From: a virus
Taxonomy: Duplodnaviria; Caudoviricetes
Direction: 5' to 3' (one strand)
Virus record (IMG/VR): IMGVR_UViG_3300025598_000106
Span: 1-33,195 of that record
DNA: 33,195 nt
Numbering within the stretch: the stretch's first letter is position 1; each line of letters begins with the position of its first letter. Shown one piece after another: positions 26,197-33,195 of this stretch. Made by a program: the position numbers and the translations under genes. The notes beneath the pieces are model-generated. The model did no database searches, had not been told where the DNA came from, and was given only the letters and a program-made list of their open reading frames with translations.

Positions 26197-26247
26197 TGTC
26201 ATTTTCTAGCCCTTTCGGTTGAGAGGGTTAGAGGGCTGACATTAGCC
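26192..26247 (+). promoter_or_regulatory. Long intergenic RNA hairpin, copy 1 (candidate RNase III/processing site)
   Basis: 25-bp stem including G-U pairs, one bulged C, GGTT loop; overlaps the ardA stop and precedes a GAGGAGG RBS. Confidence 0.6.
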
Positions 26248-26269
26248 GATAACTTGAGGAGGTTACAAC

Positions 26270-26452
26270 ATGAGTAAGCATGAGCCAATTAAGGAGTTAC
26301 GCTATAGAGTTACAATTGATTTGTCTATGGCATACGAGGACGAAAACAATCCCGATTTGATGTCTGCAAGAGCCTTAAGGTATGAAGTTCAATCATGGCT
26401 TGAGGATTTAGGCTTCAAGGTTGATGTGACTGTTTTTAATTATGGAGTTTAA
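26270..26452 (+). CDS. Small early hypothetical protein
   Basis: 60 aa; GAGGAGG RBS; EVQSWLEDL. Confidence 0.65.
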   Translation: MSKHEPIKELRYRVTIDLSMAYEDENNPDLMSARALRYEVQSWLEDLGFKVDVTVFNYGV

Positions 26453-26454
26453 TT

Positions 26455-26649
26455 ATGTTTGTATCTTTTGAGCGCATACAGTTGGGCGCAGGCTTTAAGC
26501 AAAACGGGACGGAGTTTATAAAGACTTCTACTCGTACGGCTAGATTATTGGAAAATCCATCCAGAGTTTTTTATTTTAGTAAGAGTGAATTAGTACCTTT
26601 CAAGGATGTTAAGACACTCACACAAACACTAGAGGAGGTTACACAATGA
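26455..26649 (+). CDS. Small early hypothetical protein
   Basis: 64 aa; GGAG RBS; F..I..G..F..NG..FIK.STRTA. Confidence 0.65.
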   Translation: MFVSFERIQLGAGFKQNGTEFIKTSTRTARLLENPSRVFYFSKSELVPFKDVKTLTQTLEEVTQ

Positions 26650-26747
26650 GGACGGAGAGACAGTTCAACAGAGAGGCGGGAAACTTGCTTATTCTCATAT
26701 ATTTATCAATCTTTGCGCTGACTTATCTATGCGCCTATGGCTTTTAG
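26646..26747 (+). CDS. Putative 33-aa membrane micropeptide (MRTERQFNREAGNLLILIYLSIFALTYLCAYGF)
   Basis: GAGGAGG RBS, ATGA overlap, C-terminal hydrophobic helix. Confidence 0.55.
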   Translation: MRTERQFNREAGNLLILIYLSIFALTYLCAYGF

Positions 26748-26757
26748 GGGGTTAATC

Positions 26758-26862
26758 ATGGAATACGCTATTTTTCAAATAATGCGCCATGCAATGCACC
26801 TAAACGCAGAGCGAGCATATACAAGAGTTTATATAGATAAGCACGAGGCTAAAAATGGCTAA
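26758..26862 (+). CDS. Putative 34-aa peptide (MEYAIFQIMRHAMHLNAERAYTRVYIDKHEAKNG)
   Basis: AGGGGG RBS; fills the gap and overlaps the next start. Confidence 0.45.
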   Translation: MEYAIFQIMRHAMHLNAERAYTRVYIDKHEAKNG

Positions 26863-27040
26863 ATTTTATGTGACTATAAAAAGCAGTAGTTATTACACAA
26901 TAACAGTGGAAGCTGATAGCAAGGATGATGCGCTGACGGCTTTTGATTGGAATGACATTGATTGGTCAGACCCGCAACACATTGAAAGTGATATATCAGA
27001 GGTTGAACAGATAAAGGAGGCAGAGCATGAAGCTATTTGA
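26855..27040 (+). CDS. Small acidic protein, DpnD/PcfM-like pattern
   Basis: KFYVTI......ITVEADSKDDA matches the Y.V.I......VEA.S.EEA pattern. Confidence 0.55.
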   Translation: MAKFYVTIKSSSYYTITVEADSKDDALTAFDWNDIDWSDPQHIESDISEVEQIKEAEHEAI

Positions 27041-27218
27041 TAAGGTTGAATGGGCGGTTAGTCGCCTTGTTGATAACTATGAATGGCAAGGTGTATTAGA
27101 GTTTGAGGACTTTTTGCACATACAAGAGCAATTAGTCTATGCGGTAATGGCTGACGAGGGCAAAGCAGAAGCCTTTGTTAATGTATGCTTGGATGAAGGT
27201 GTTATTGAGGAGGAGTGA
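27027..27218 (+). CDS. Small acidic early protein
   Basis: 63 aa; AGGAGG RBS. Confidence 0.65.
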   Translation: MKLFDKVEWAVSRLVDNYEWQGVLEFEDFLHIQEQLVYAVMADEGKAEAFVNVCLDEGVIEEE

Positions 27219-27406
27219 TGAGCATGAGGCAATTTAGACCGAACGACATTGTTTATTTTATTGGTACAGATACAGAGGAGGCGCATTTATCCCGTATTGT
27301 GGATGTTTTCAATGAGTTTCCTATGCAAGTAAGGCTAGACACTGTTGGAATTCAAGACATGGATACTATCAGACATTTTCAAACATATAGGGAGATTACA
27401 AAATGA
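27215..27406 (+). CDS. Small early hypothetical protein
   Basis: 63 aa; GAGGAGG RBS; true start could be any of GTG 27215, ATG 27218 or ATG 27224. Confidence 0.6.
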   Translation: MMSMRQFRPNDIVYFIGTDTEEAHLSRIVDVFNEFPMQVRLDTVGIQDMDTIRHFQTYREITK

Positions 27407-27642
27407 ATTACAGAGGCGCATACGCAACAATTCAGTGGCTAGATGACAATCACATAGTGAATGATTGTTATTTTAGCTTTGGCGGTAACCTAGATGATGC
27501 TGATGACATAGAGGAGGATTGTTTCGGTATTCCAGACCATAAAATATTTTACTTTTGCGACAAAGGAGTAAGTGAGCTTGACGAATTAAAAGACAGTAAC
27601 TTTGATTTTAAGGTTTTAGATTATGAATTAGTGGAGGCTTGA
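27403..27642 (+). CDS. Highly acidic small protein (candidate DNA mimic)
   Basis: 79 aa with 20 D/E versus 5 K/R by hand count; GGAG RBS. Confidence 0.65.
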   Translation: MNYRGAYATIQWLDDNHIVNDCYFSFGGNLDDADDIEEDCFGIPDHKIFYFCDKGVSELDELKDSNFDFKVLDYELVEA

Positions 27643-27643
27643 G

Positions 27644-27925
27644 ATGGAAATTAAACACGAGAAAGTGATGGAGGCAGTTGCAAAGATGTCACCAGTTGAA
27701 GCGTGTGAGTTTTTGAAGGCGGTAACTGATTATCTACAAGCGCAAAAAAGGATATATGCGGAAAGGTATTACGAGAGTGACATAGCGGATGGAGTTTACG
27801 ATATGTTATTTAGTAACAATTGCGACATAGACTTTATCCGAGAGTTTCCCGATGCAGAAGTAAATTATGAGTTTGCGTATATCAAGTTAAACGATGAGTT
27901 TGTAATTAAGATTGAAAGGATTTGA
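27644..27925 (+). CDS. Small acidic early protein
   Basis: 93 aa; GGAGG RBS. Confidence 0.65.
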   Translation: MEIKHEKVMEAVAKMSPVEACEFLKAVTDYLQAQKRIYAERYYESDIADGVYDMLFSNNCDIDFIREFPDAEVNYEFAYIKLNDEFVIKIERI

Positions 27926-28404
27926 TGATGAGATTAGCTACTTATGAGGTTTATACTTTTGATGAGCTTGAGGATAGCGCAAAAGATAAGGCTAGAGATT
28001 GGTATCGTAACCATATGGATTGGTTTTGGTGCGAGGAAAGTTTAGGCAGTATCAAGGCTTTTTGTAATGAGTTTGATGTAACACTTAAAGATTATCAAGT
28101 GGACGCATGGACATATTATTTTAGAACAGATGCAGAACCTAGCAATTTTAGAGGCTTAAAACTTAAGGATGTACCTAGAGAGCGTAAGGAATTAACGGGA
28201 TATTGTCTTGATTATGACCTTTGGTATACGTTTCATGATGAATTTAAGCGTACGGGCAATGCTTTTCACGCTTTCAATGAGGCAGTTGAGGCAGGCTTTC
28301 AAGGGTGGCGCAATGATTTAGAGTATCAATACGGCAATGAGCATATTGATGAGTTTTTAATCTCTAATAATTACGAGTTTTATACGGACGGCTCTATTGT
28401 TTAG
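27922..28404 (+). CDS. Acidic aromatic-rich early protein of unknown function
   Basis: VYTFDEL.D.AK.KARDWYR N-terminus, LTGYC.D, N.YEF..DG C-terminus; pattern recurrent in phage and plasmid early/leading regions. Confidence 0.7.
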   Translation: MMMRLATYEVYTFDELEDSAKDKARDWYRNHMDWFWCEESLGSIKAFCNEFDVTLKDYQVDAWTYYFRTDAEPSNFRGLKLKDVPRERKELTGYCLDYDLWYTFHDEFKRTGNAFHAFNEAVEAGFQGWRNDLEYQYGNEHIDEFLISNNYEFYTDGSIV

Positions 28405-28451
28405 TATCTTTTCATAGCGTATTGCGGTGCGCTATGGGGCTGATATTAGCC
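28401..28451 (+). promoter_or_regulatory. Long intergenic RNA hairpin, copy 2
   Basis: 21-bp stem with G-U pairs and TGCG loop; same GGGCTGAyATTAGCC 3' arm and GAGGAGG RBS as copy 1. Confidence 0.6.
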
Positions 28452-28469
28452 AAAACGAGGAGGTTTACC

Positions 28470-28649
28470 ATGTATTACGATGTAGAAGACCAATTGACTT
28501 ATCCTCAATTGATTGACGAGTACGAGGAGTATTTATCTTGGTGCAGACACCCCGATGAATATAGCGGAGTTGCTGAATGGGTTATACGCTTAATCCAAAA
28601 TGGTGACTTGGTTGTATTCACGGATACAAGCGCAAGAAAATATAAGTGA
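28470..28649 (+). CDS. Small early hypothetical protein (59 aa)
   Basis: Start refined to MYYDVED at 28470 after the GAGGAGG RBS. Confidence 0.65.
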   Translation: MYYDVEDQLTYPQLIDEYEEYLSWCRHPDEYSGVAEWVIRLIQNGDLVVFTDTSARKYK

Positions 28650-28680
28650 TGAGCTTGAGGCTATTTTTAAGGAGAATGAA

Positions 28681-29055
28681 ATGGGTTACAGAAGCGAAGT
28701 AAAGAGTTTGATATACGGCACGGCTGAGGAAATGAAAGAGTTTAAGATGGCTTGCTTTGACTTGTATAACCAAGTGCGTGAGGATTTTGGAAACGACTTA
28801 ACTGATGAAAAGAATGATAAGTATGAAATTCTTTATCTCAATTTAAGTTATATGAAATGGTATAACGAGTACGAGGAAGTGCAAAGATGGGATGAATTTT
28901 ACCAATTGGCTGATGAGTTTGGTTTAGCTACGGAGTTTTGCCGTGTTGGTGAAGAGATGGGAGATGTGGAGGATTATAACAGTGGGAATAATGGAGGCAG
29001 ATGTGAATACTATTTAGAGGTAGTCCAACGCATTGATGCACATTTTAATAGATAA
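28681..29055 (+). CDS. Acidic early protein (124 aa)
   Basis: Start refined to MGYRSEV at 28681 after AAGGAG; KWY..Y..V and F.RVGEE..D.E motifs. Confidence 0.7.
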   Translation: MGYRSEVKSLIYGTAEEMKEFKMACFDLYNQVREDFGNDLTDEKNDKYEILYLNLSYMKWYNEYEEVQRWDEFYQLADEFGLATEFCRVGEEMGDVEDYNSGNNGGRCEYYLEVVQRIDAHFNR

Positions 29056-29065
29056 GGGGTTAATC

Positions 29066-29251
29066 ATGACTAATAACGTATTGAGAAGTGATATGTTGAG
29101 TGATTTAGATCAAGCGCAAAGGATACTTGAGCGTATATATGGCTATGCTCAAGACATTAACGATGGAAACGTAGAGCATTTAATGTCAGTCGCTGATAGT
29201 TGCATATTGGATGCAATTGAAGCATTAAACGAGGAGGTGGAAAATGGATGA
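29066..29251 (+). CDS. Small acidic helical protein (61 aa)
   Basis: Start refined to MTNNVL at 29066 after AAGGGG. Confidence 0.65.
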   Translation: MTNNVLRSDMLSDLDQAQRILERIYGYAQDINDGNVEHLMSVADSCILDAIEALNEEVENG

Positions 29252-29522
29252 AGGCTTATGGGAAGTAACATACAAACCAATTAAAAACCATTTAGATGAC
29301 AATGCAAGCCTAGATGGTTGTATGTATGAAACGTATGGGGATGAGCTTGATTTTGTTAAGGCGCAACCTAATGAAAATATATGGACATATTGCGATGATG
29401 GAGAAAACGGATGGCTAACAAGTGGCTATCACTTTGTTAATAGACTTGGATATGTCATTTGTGAAAAACCATTTACCGATGAGCATGAGGTACATTTATA
29501 TAGCGTGGAGGACTTTGACTAA
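29244..29522 (+). CDS. Acidic early protein (92 aa)
   Basis: GGAGGT RBS; ETYG.E..FV......IWT and G.HFVNRLGY motifs. Confidence 0.7.
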   Translation: MDEGLWEVTYKPIKNHLDDNASLDGCMYETYGDELDFVKAQPNENIWTYCDDGENGWLTSGYHFVNRLGYVICEKPFTDEHEVHLYSVEDFD

Positions 29523-29689
29523 TGAATATCTACACTAAATGGATAAGCGAGTGGCTAAATATCCCTATGCGTACGGCTCTATCGGTGCAGAATGAGATGG
29601 CTTGCATGGGTGTAGACTTTAGCGAGAGTACGGGTGCTCACCTACAAGTGATGGCTTGGCAGGTATACAAGGAGATGAGACATAACTAA
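29522..29689 (+). CDS. Small early hypothetical protein (55 aa, MNIYTKWISEWLNIPMRTALSVQNEM...GVDFSEST...)
   Basis: Not in the ORF track; GGAGG RBS, TAATG overlap; ends just before the terminator. Confidence 0.65.
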   Translation: MNIYTKWISEWLNIPMRTALSVQNEMACMGVDFSESTGAHLQVMAWQVYKEMRHN

Positions 29690-29705
29690 TTTAAGTGATG
29701 AGCAT

Positions 29706-29732
29706 GAGGCTACTTTCGGGTAGCCTTTTTTT
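29706..29732 (+). terminator. Rho-independent terminator ending the early operon
   Basis: GAGGCTACT-TTCG-GGTAGCCTT followed by a T run, at the convergence with the primase gene. Confidence 0.85.
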
Positions 29733-30561
29733 ATGCTGCTAACTTATACTGTGTTAATATCTCTCTTAATGACTTAGACGCTTGGAATGTGCCTACTCTC
29801 TTATGAAAATCATTAAAGTCCTCCCCGACTGTGGGGCTGATCCAGTATGGCTTGCCTGTCTTTTTAGCCACGAACTCTCCAGTATGGCTGTCATCGTTGT
29901 CAGCGATCACGATGCCGTTGCTGAACTGCCCTGCTATGAACTCCATATTGTTTGCACTAAAGCAAACGTGGATGCAATAAGGGATGTTGCTCGCCTTCAA
30001 CACTTCTTTGACGGAGAGAGCAGTTGCATACCCCTCGCAAAAAATGGGAAATCCCTTTGCGTTCATGGTAAGAGTTGCGCCCTTAGAAGTCTGTCCGTAG
30101 AGGAACTTCTTATTCCCCTTGTCGCTGATGAGTTGGCAACCTACGAGACGAGTACCGATCCGCATAGGTATAACTAATAACTTCTCTGTGCCTGTGTCCC
30201 ATACGTTACCTACTTCATACTCAAATCCCTTGCTTGCTAGATAAGGGTGGAAGTCTAGGCTAGTTTGGTGCATTATCCATCCTGCTTTTTTGGATGCCTT
30301 GTCAGCATCTAGCTTACGTTGCTTATCATAGTCCTTTATAGACTTAATACGCATCTCTGGGGTGATGGTGTTAGTGTCATCAAACCATACGGCAGGCTTA
30401 TCCATCGTGGCAAAGTTGCGTACAAATCCTACATGACCTAAGAACTTATACGTTCCGTTACGCTTGCGTGGATGGTCGGTGGTTGGCACTCTCATGTTCT
30501 TGTGCATGACTAGCCTGTCAATGATAATGCCATGTGCTTTAGCAAAGTCTTCAAATCTCAT
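29731..30561 (-). CDS. DNA primase, TOPRIM-domain protein
   Basis: HPYL..KG, LVIPM, Q.I...G.KKFL.G, FCEGYATALS, VIADND and DFND TOPRIM motifs. Confidence 0.85.
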   Translation of the reverse strand: MRFEDFAKAHGIIIDRLVMHKNMRVPTTDHPRKRNGTYKFLGHVGFVRNFATMDKPAVWFDDTNTITPEMRIKSIKDYDKQRKLDADKASKKAGWIMHQTSLDFHPYLASKGFEYEVGNVWDTGTEKLLVIPMRIGTRLVGCQLISDKGNKKFLYGQTSKGATLTMNAKGFPIFCEGYATALSVKEVLKASNIPYCIHVCFSANNMEFIAGQFSNGIVIADNDDSHTGEFVAKKTGKPYWISPTVGEDFNDFHKRVGTFQASKSLREILTQYKLAA

Positions 30562-32051
30562 GCCACTCTCCTATCCATCTTCTTAATAGCCTTACTGTAC
30601 GCAATCTGCTTATGCTTAATCCAATTCATCGTGTTGATTGTCGGAGACTTGGTGACATAATTTAATCCTCTCGGCCATACACCGAACTTCTCCTTATACT
30701 TATGGTCAGCCCAATGAGGGTTGTAATTCTTCTCCCTTGCTAGATATAGTAACTCTGAATAGAATGACTGCTTATCATCTTTCTCTACCCGTCCGTGCGT
30801 GGTTAGCTCTAGCATCTCTCCTGCTACGGCTTCAAACTGCATACGCTTCTTAACGTGGCCACACTCTGTGCAAGTATCTGATCCTTTAATCCATAAGGCT
30901 TGGCATACTGGACACTTAGCTTCTTTCTTCTCACGCTCTGTGGGTTCACGCTTGGTGGTTTCTCTTGTCTGTTCGTTTAACTCTTTCACACCATCTGCGT
31001 ATACGTTGTCCCAATCATCACGGAAACGTAAGAAGTTACCGCTATGGTCTAGCCATAATGCAAACTCTTTATCAGGATGGGGGCGCATCACACGACCTAG
31101 TTGCTGAATGTGTGAGCTAAGTGACTTGCTAAATGGTCTAGCAGATACACCAATCATGACATCTGGCACATCAAAGCCACGAGTTAAGATGTCTGTTGCA
31201 ATCAATCCATGTATGGTGGTGTCAGGCTTACTGAAGTCTTCAATGACTTGACGCTTGTAATCGCTCTCATCTTTATAAGATACGGATACAAAGTTATAAC
31301 CTTGAGCTGCGAACTGACGTACTAAGTCCTCACCATGCTGAACTCCTGCTGAGAATACGATAGTCTTGCGTGGTCTACCAAAGACTTCATGGGTTTTCTT
31401 AATCCACTCTTGCACGATGTCGCCTGTAATCTGCATACCACGTTCTGTTACTACATCTGGAGACCACTCACCAGCGAGCTTCTTAGCCCCTGTCATGTTA
31501 ATCTCTTTAGCAATAAAGACTTTAAGTGGTGCTAACCACTTGTTGTTGACGAGCGTTTCTGTTGTTGTACCACATACGACATTGGTATATAACTCACCGA
31601 GACCTTTGGTGAATGGTGTGGCAGTAAGACCTACGACCTTGAGCTTTGGGTTGTTCTTAATCAGCTCTGAGATCTTCTTACGGGTGATATGACACTCATC
31701 TACAATTAGTAAATCAGTATCGGGGAATTCTTTTCTACGCTCTAGTGTTTGGGCTGAGCATACTTGTATCTTTTCTGTGGAGTTAAACTTCCAATGGTCT
31801 GACTGATAGACACCATGATTGATGTCGTACTTATCTAATCGTCCACTTGTTTGGTCTACCAATACGATACGATCTAGTATCATGGCGGAACGGTTGGACT
31901 TCTCTGCGGATGCTTGCATAAGATAGATAGCAATCTCTGTCTTACCGAAGCCTGTTGGTGCGTATAGTAGCTGTGATCTATGTCCCTCTTTGAACCCATC
32001 TCTTAATTGTTCAATCACTTTTTGCTGGTGTTCTCGTAATTCAAGACCCAT
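30558..32051 (-). CDS. Superfamily 2 (DExH) helicase with C-terminal Zn ribbon
   Basis: LREHQ, APTGFGKT, DECH, GLTATP, LTRGFDVP, QQLGRVMR; CPVC...CTECG. Confidence 0.92.
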   Translation of the reverse strand: MGLELREHQQKVIEQLRDGFKEGHRSQLLYAPTGFGKTEIAIYLMQASAEKSNRSAMILDRIVLVDQTSGRLDKYDINHGVYQSDHWKFNSTEKIQVCSAQTLERRKEFPDTDLLIVDECHITRKKISELIKNNPKLKVVGLTATPFTKGLGELYTNVVCGTTTETLVNNKWLAPLKVFIAKEINMTGAKKLAGEWSPDVVTERGMQITGDIVQEWIKKTHEVFGRPRKTIVFSAGVQHGEDLVRQFAAQGYNFVSVSYKDESDYKRQVIEDFSKPDTTIHGLIATDILTRGFDVPDVMIGVSARPFSKSLSSHIQQLGRVMRPHPDKEFALWLDHSGNFLRFRDDWDNVYADGVKELNEQTRETTKREPTEREKKEAKCPVCQALWIKGSDTCTECGHVKKRMQFEAVAGEMLELTTHGRVEKDDKQSFYSELLYLAREKNYNPHWADHKYKEKFGVWPRGLNYVTKSPTINTMNWIKHKQIAYSKAIKKMDRRVA

Positions 32052-32088
32052 TATTTTTCCTCTGCTTCTAGATACCCTCTAGTTTGGG

Positions 32089-32406
32089 CTACGCTTGTAG
32101 TTTTTTCTTTAATCCGTTTACCGTTCTAATCAATTCAGCATTCCGATGCTGATACATATCACGGCTTTCTCTAAGTGCTTGATTATCAATCTCTAGTATT
32201 TTTATCTGCTGCCTTAGCTCGTTTACTACCTCCAATATATAGTCTTGTTCAAATTCTGTGGCATCCCATTTTTTTGAAGCTACAATATCTTTTAACACCG
32301 TTATCTCTTCATCTAGTGAGACAATGGTGTCTGATAACTCCATGATTTTATGGTCTTTTTCGTCATAACTTTGGGGAATAGAAGTCCCTTGCCGTGCTGT
32401 CTGCAT
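32089..32406 (-). CDS. Coiled-coil hypothetical protein
   Basis: 105 aa; GAGGGG RBS; heptad pattern. Confidence 0.65.
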   Translation of the reverse strand: MQTARQGTSIPQSYDEKDHKIMELSDTIVSLDEEITVLKDIVASKKWDATEFEQDYILEVVNELRQQIKILEIDNQALRESRDMYQHRNAELIRTVNGLKKKLQA

Positions 32407-32433
32407 TTTTTAAAACCCCTCGTTGATGTTGTA

Positions 32434-32466
32434 ATTCTAGACGCTTTTAATAGTGTTTTGAAGCGT
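32434..32466 (-). promoter_or_regulatory. Sigma70-type promoter for the helicase-primase operon, overlapped by an inverted repeat
   Basis: Minus strand TTCAAA-N17-TAGAAT (32462-32434); ACGCTT (32441-32446) and AAGCGT (32461-32466) form a dyad around the -35 box. Confidence 0.55.
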
Positions 32467-32530
32467 TCTTGTTATAGAAAAATAAAATAAAATTGTTGAC
32501 TTTTTCAATACTTATTTTTGTAATATTTAA

Positions 32531-32758
32531 TCAGTCACTTACATCTTTTTTAAAATCTTCTGGACGCAATACTGACTTGTGTGCATCCGTTTTCATCATG
32601 TTGAGGACGTCCACAAGCTCACTAAGAGAGCCACCACTGACAGTAGCATCACAGTATCCCATAAGAGAACCATCACGATTGTAGTAGACTTCTTTAATCT
32701 CAAAATACTTTCCTTCATCAATGTCATCAAACTCCATGACCCTATAGTTCCAGCTCAT
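32531..32758 (-). CDS. Small hypothetical phage protein (WNYRV...I.EVYY..DG pattern)
   Basis: 75 aa; ATGA overlap with the upstream ORF. Confidence 0.7.
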   Translation of the reverse strand: MSWNYRVMEFDDIDEGKYFEIKEVYYNRDGSLMGYCDATVSGGSLSELVDVLNMMKTDAHKSVLRPEDFKKDVSD

Positions 32759-32997
32759 TTTTTCACCATCTTTACTAAGTCTTCTAAAGTTATTCCTGCT
32801 TCCTTTAAATCAGAAGGTTTATAAATTAAAGTGGTAGGTTTTACCTCAGCTTTAACTTCTTCAGTCGTTGGCAAAGGTGGTGGTACATAACGTTCTTTCT
32901 TCTTTACACCAAAGATGCGATCAAAGTTATCTCTAAATGCTTGTGAGTTCATCTTGCTGATAAGCTCATCACCAGTAATATCATTCTTCGTTGCCAT
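32755..32997 (-). CDS. Small hypothetical phage protein
   Basis: MATKNDITGD.L.SK......RDNFDRIFG; AAGGAG RBS. Confidence 0.7.
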   Translation of the reverse strand: MATKNDITGDELISKMNSQAFRDNFDRIFGVKKKERYVPPPLPTTEEVKAEVKPTTLIYKPSDLKEAGITLEDLVKMVKK

Positions 32998-33195
32998 TGT
33001 TATTCTCCTTACGCATTTTGTAATGTTCTTCTACTAATTTTTCATATGTAATCCATGCTTTATTGAACCGCATTTCGTATACATAAGCTAGACCTAAAGC
33101 CTTGTTATAAACGTCTATATCACAGTGCTTATACTCTTCAGCAAATAGCTTTAAGTCTTCCGTCACGCCCCAACACTGTAATACTTCTTGCTCTA
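32981..33195 (-). CDS. Hypothetical protein, 5'-truncated by the window edge
   Basis: Frame stays open upstream of the listed GTG (...EQEVLQCWGVTEDLKLF...) to the end of the window. Confidence 0.6.
   Translation of the reverse strand, partial: EQEVLQCWGVTEDLKLFAEEYKHCDIDVYNKALGLAYVYEMRFNKAWITYEKLVEEHYKMRKENNNGNEE

Noticed and set aside
26192-28451. Intergenic hairpins considered as integron attC sites or terminators
   Set aside because: They lack the RYYYAAC...GTTRRRY arrangement, depend on G-U pairs, have no following U tract, and no integrase is present in the window
28422-29065. Longer ORF-track starts at 28422, 28600 and 29033 (likewise 1312, 2848, 11152, 11685, 12945 and 23023)
   Set aside because: They overlap hairpins or upstream genes; downstream ATGs have clear RBSs or stop/start coupling
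29782-32824. Plus-strand ORFs 29782-30177, 30799-31107, 31366-31692, 32493-32684 and 32579-32824
   Set aside because: They are antisense to primase, helicase and other supported genes, and lie downstream of the plus-strand terminator at 29706-29732
1-33195. tRNA/rRNA genes, integrase, endolysin, prohead protease, introns/inteins and stop-codon reassignment
   Set aside because: None is recognisable; genes are intact under the standard code, all three stop codons are used, and intergenic gaps are short or otherwise explained

Overview
A 33 kb segment of a tailed dsDNA phage genome, probably podovirus-like: it has a P22-type portal with a long C-terminal coiled coil, and no tape measure or sheath gene lies in the window. 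There are three transcription blocks. (1) 1-24387, minus strand, is the late/virion operon: terS, a LexA-like HTH, terL, portal, GroES, scaffold, decoration protein, Mu gpT-like major capsid, a pseudoknotted RNA element, a cluster of small Lys/His-rich proteins sharing a [MFYL][KA]xGG motif, head-tail adaptors and several tail fibres with chaperones. (2) 24934-29689, plus strand, is a dense array of about 20 small, mostly acidic genes including the antirestriction protein ArdA. It is depleted of GATC/GGCC and carries a repeated covarying hairpin and a repeated oriented 13-mer (GATGAGCWTGAGG), so it looks like a first-expressed anti-defence region. (3) 29731-33195, minus strand, holds replication genes (TOPRIM primase, SF2 helicase) and small hypotheticals. 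A repeat-rich non-coding control region (24388-24933) separates blocks 1 and 2. All family calls come from motif recognition by eye; no searches were run.
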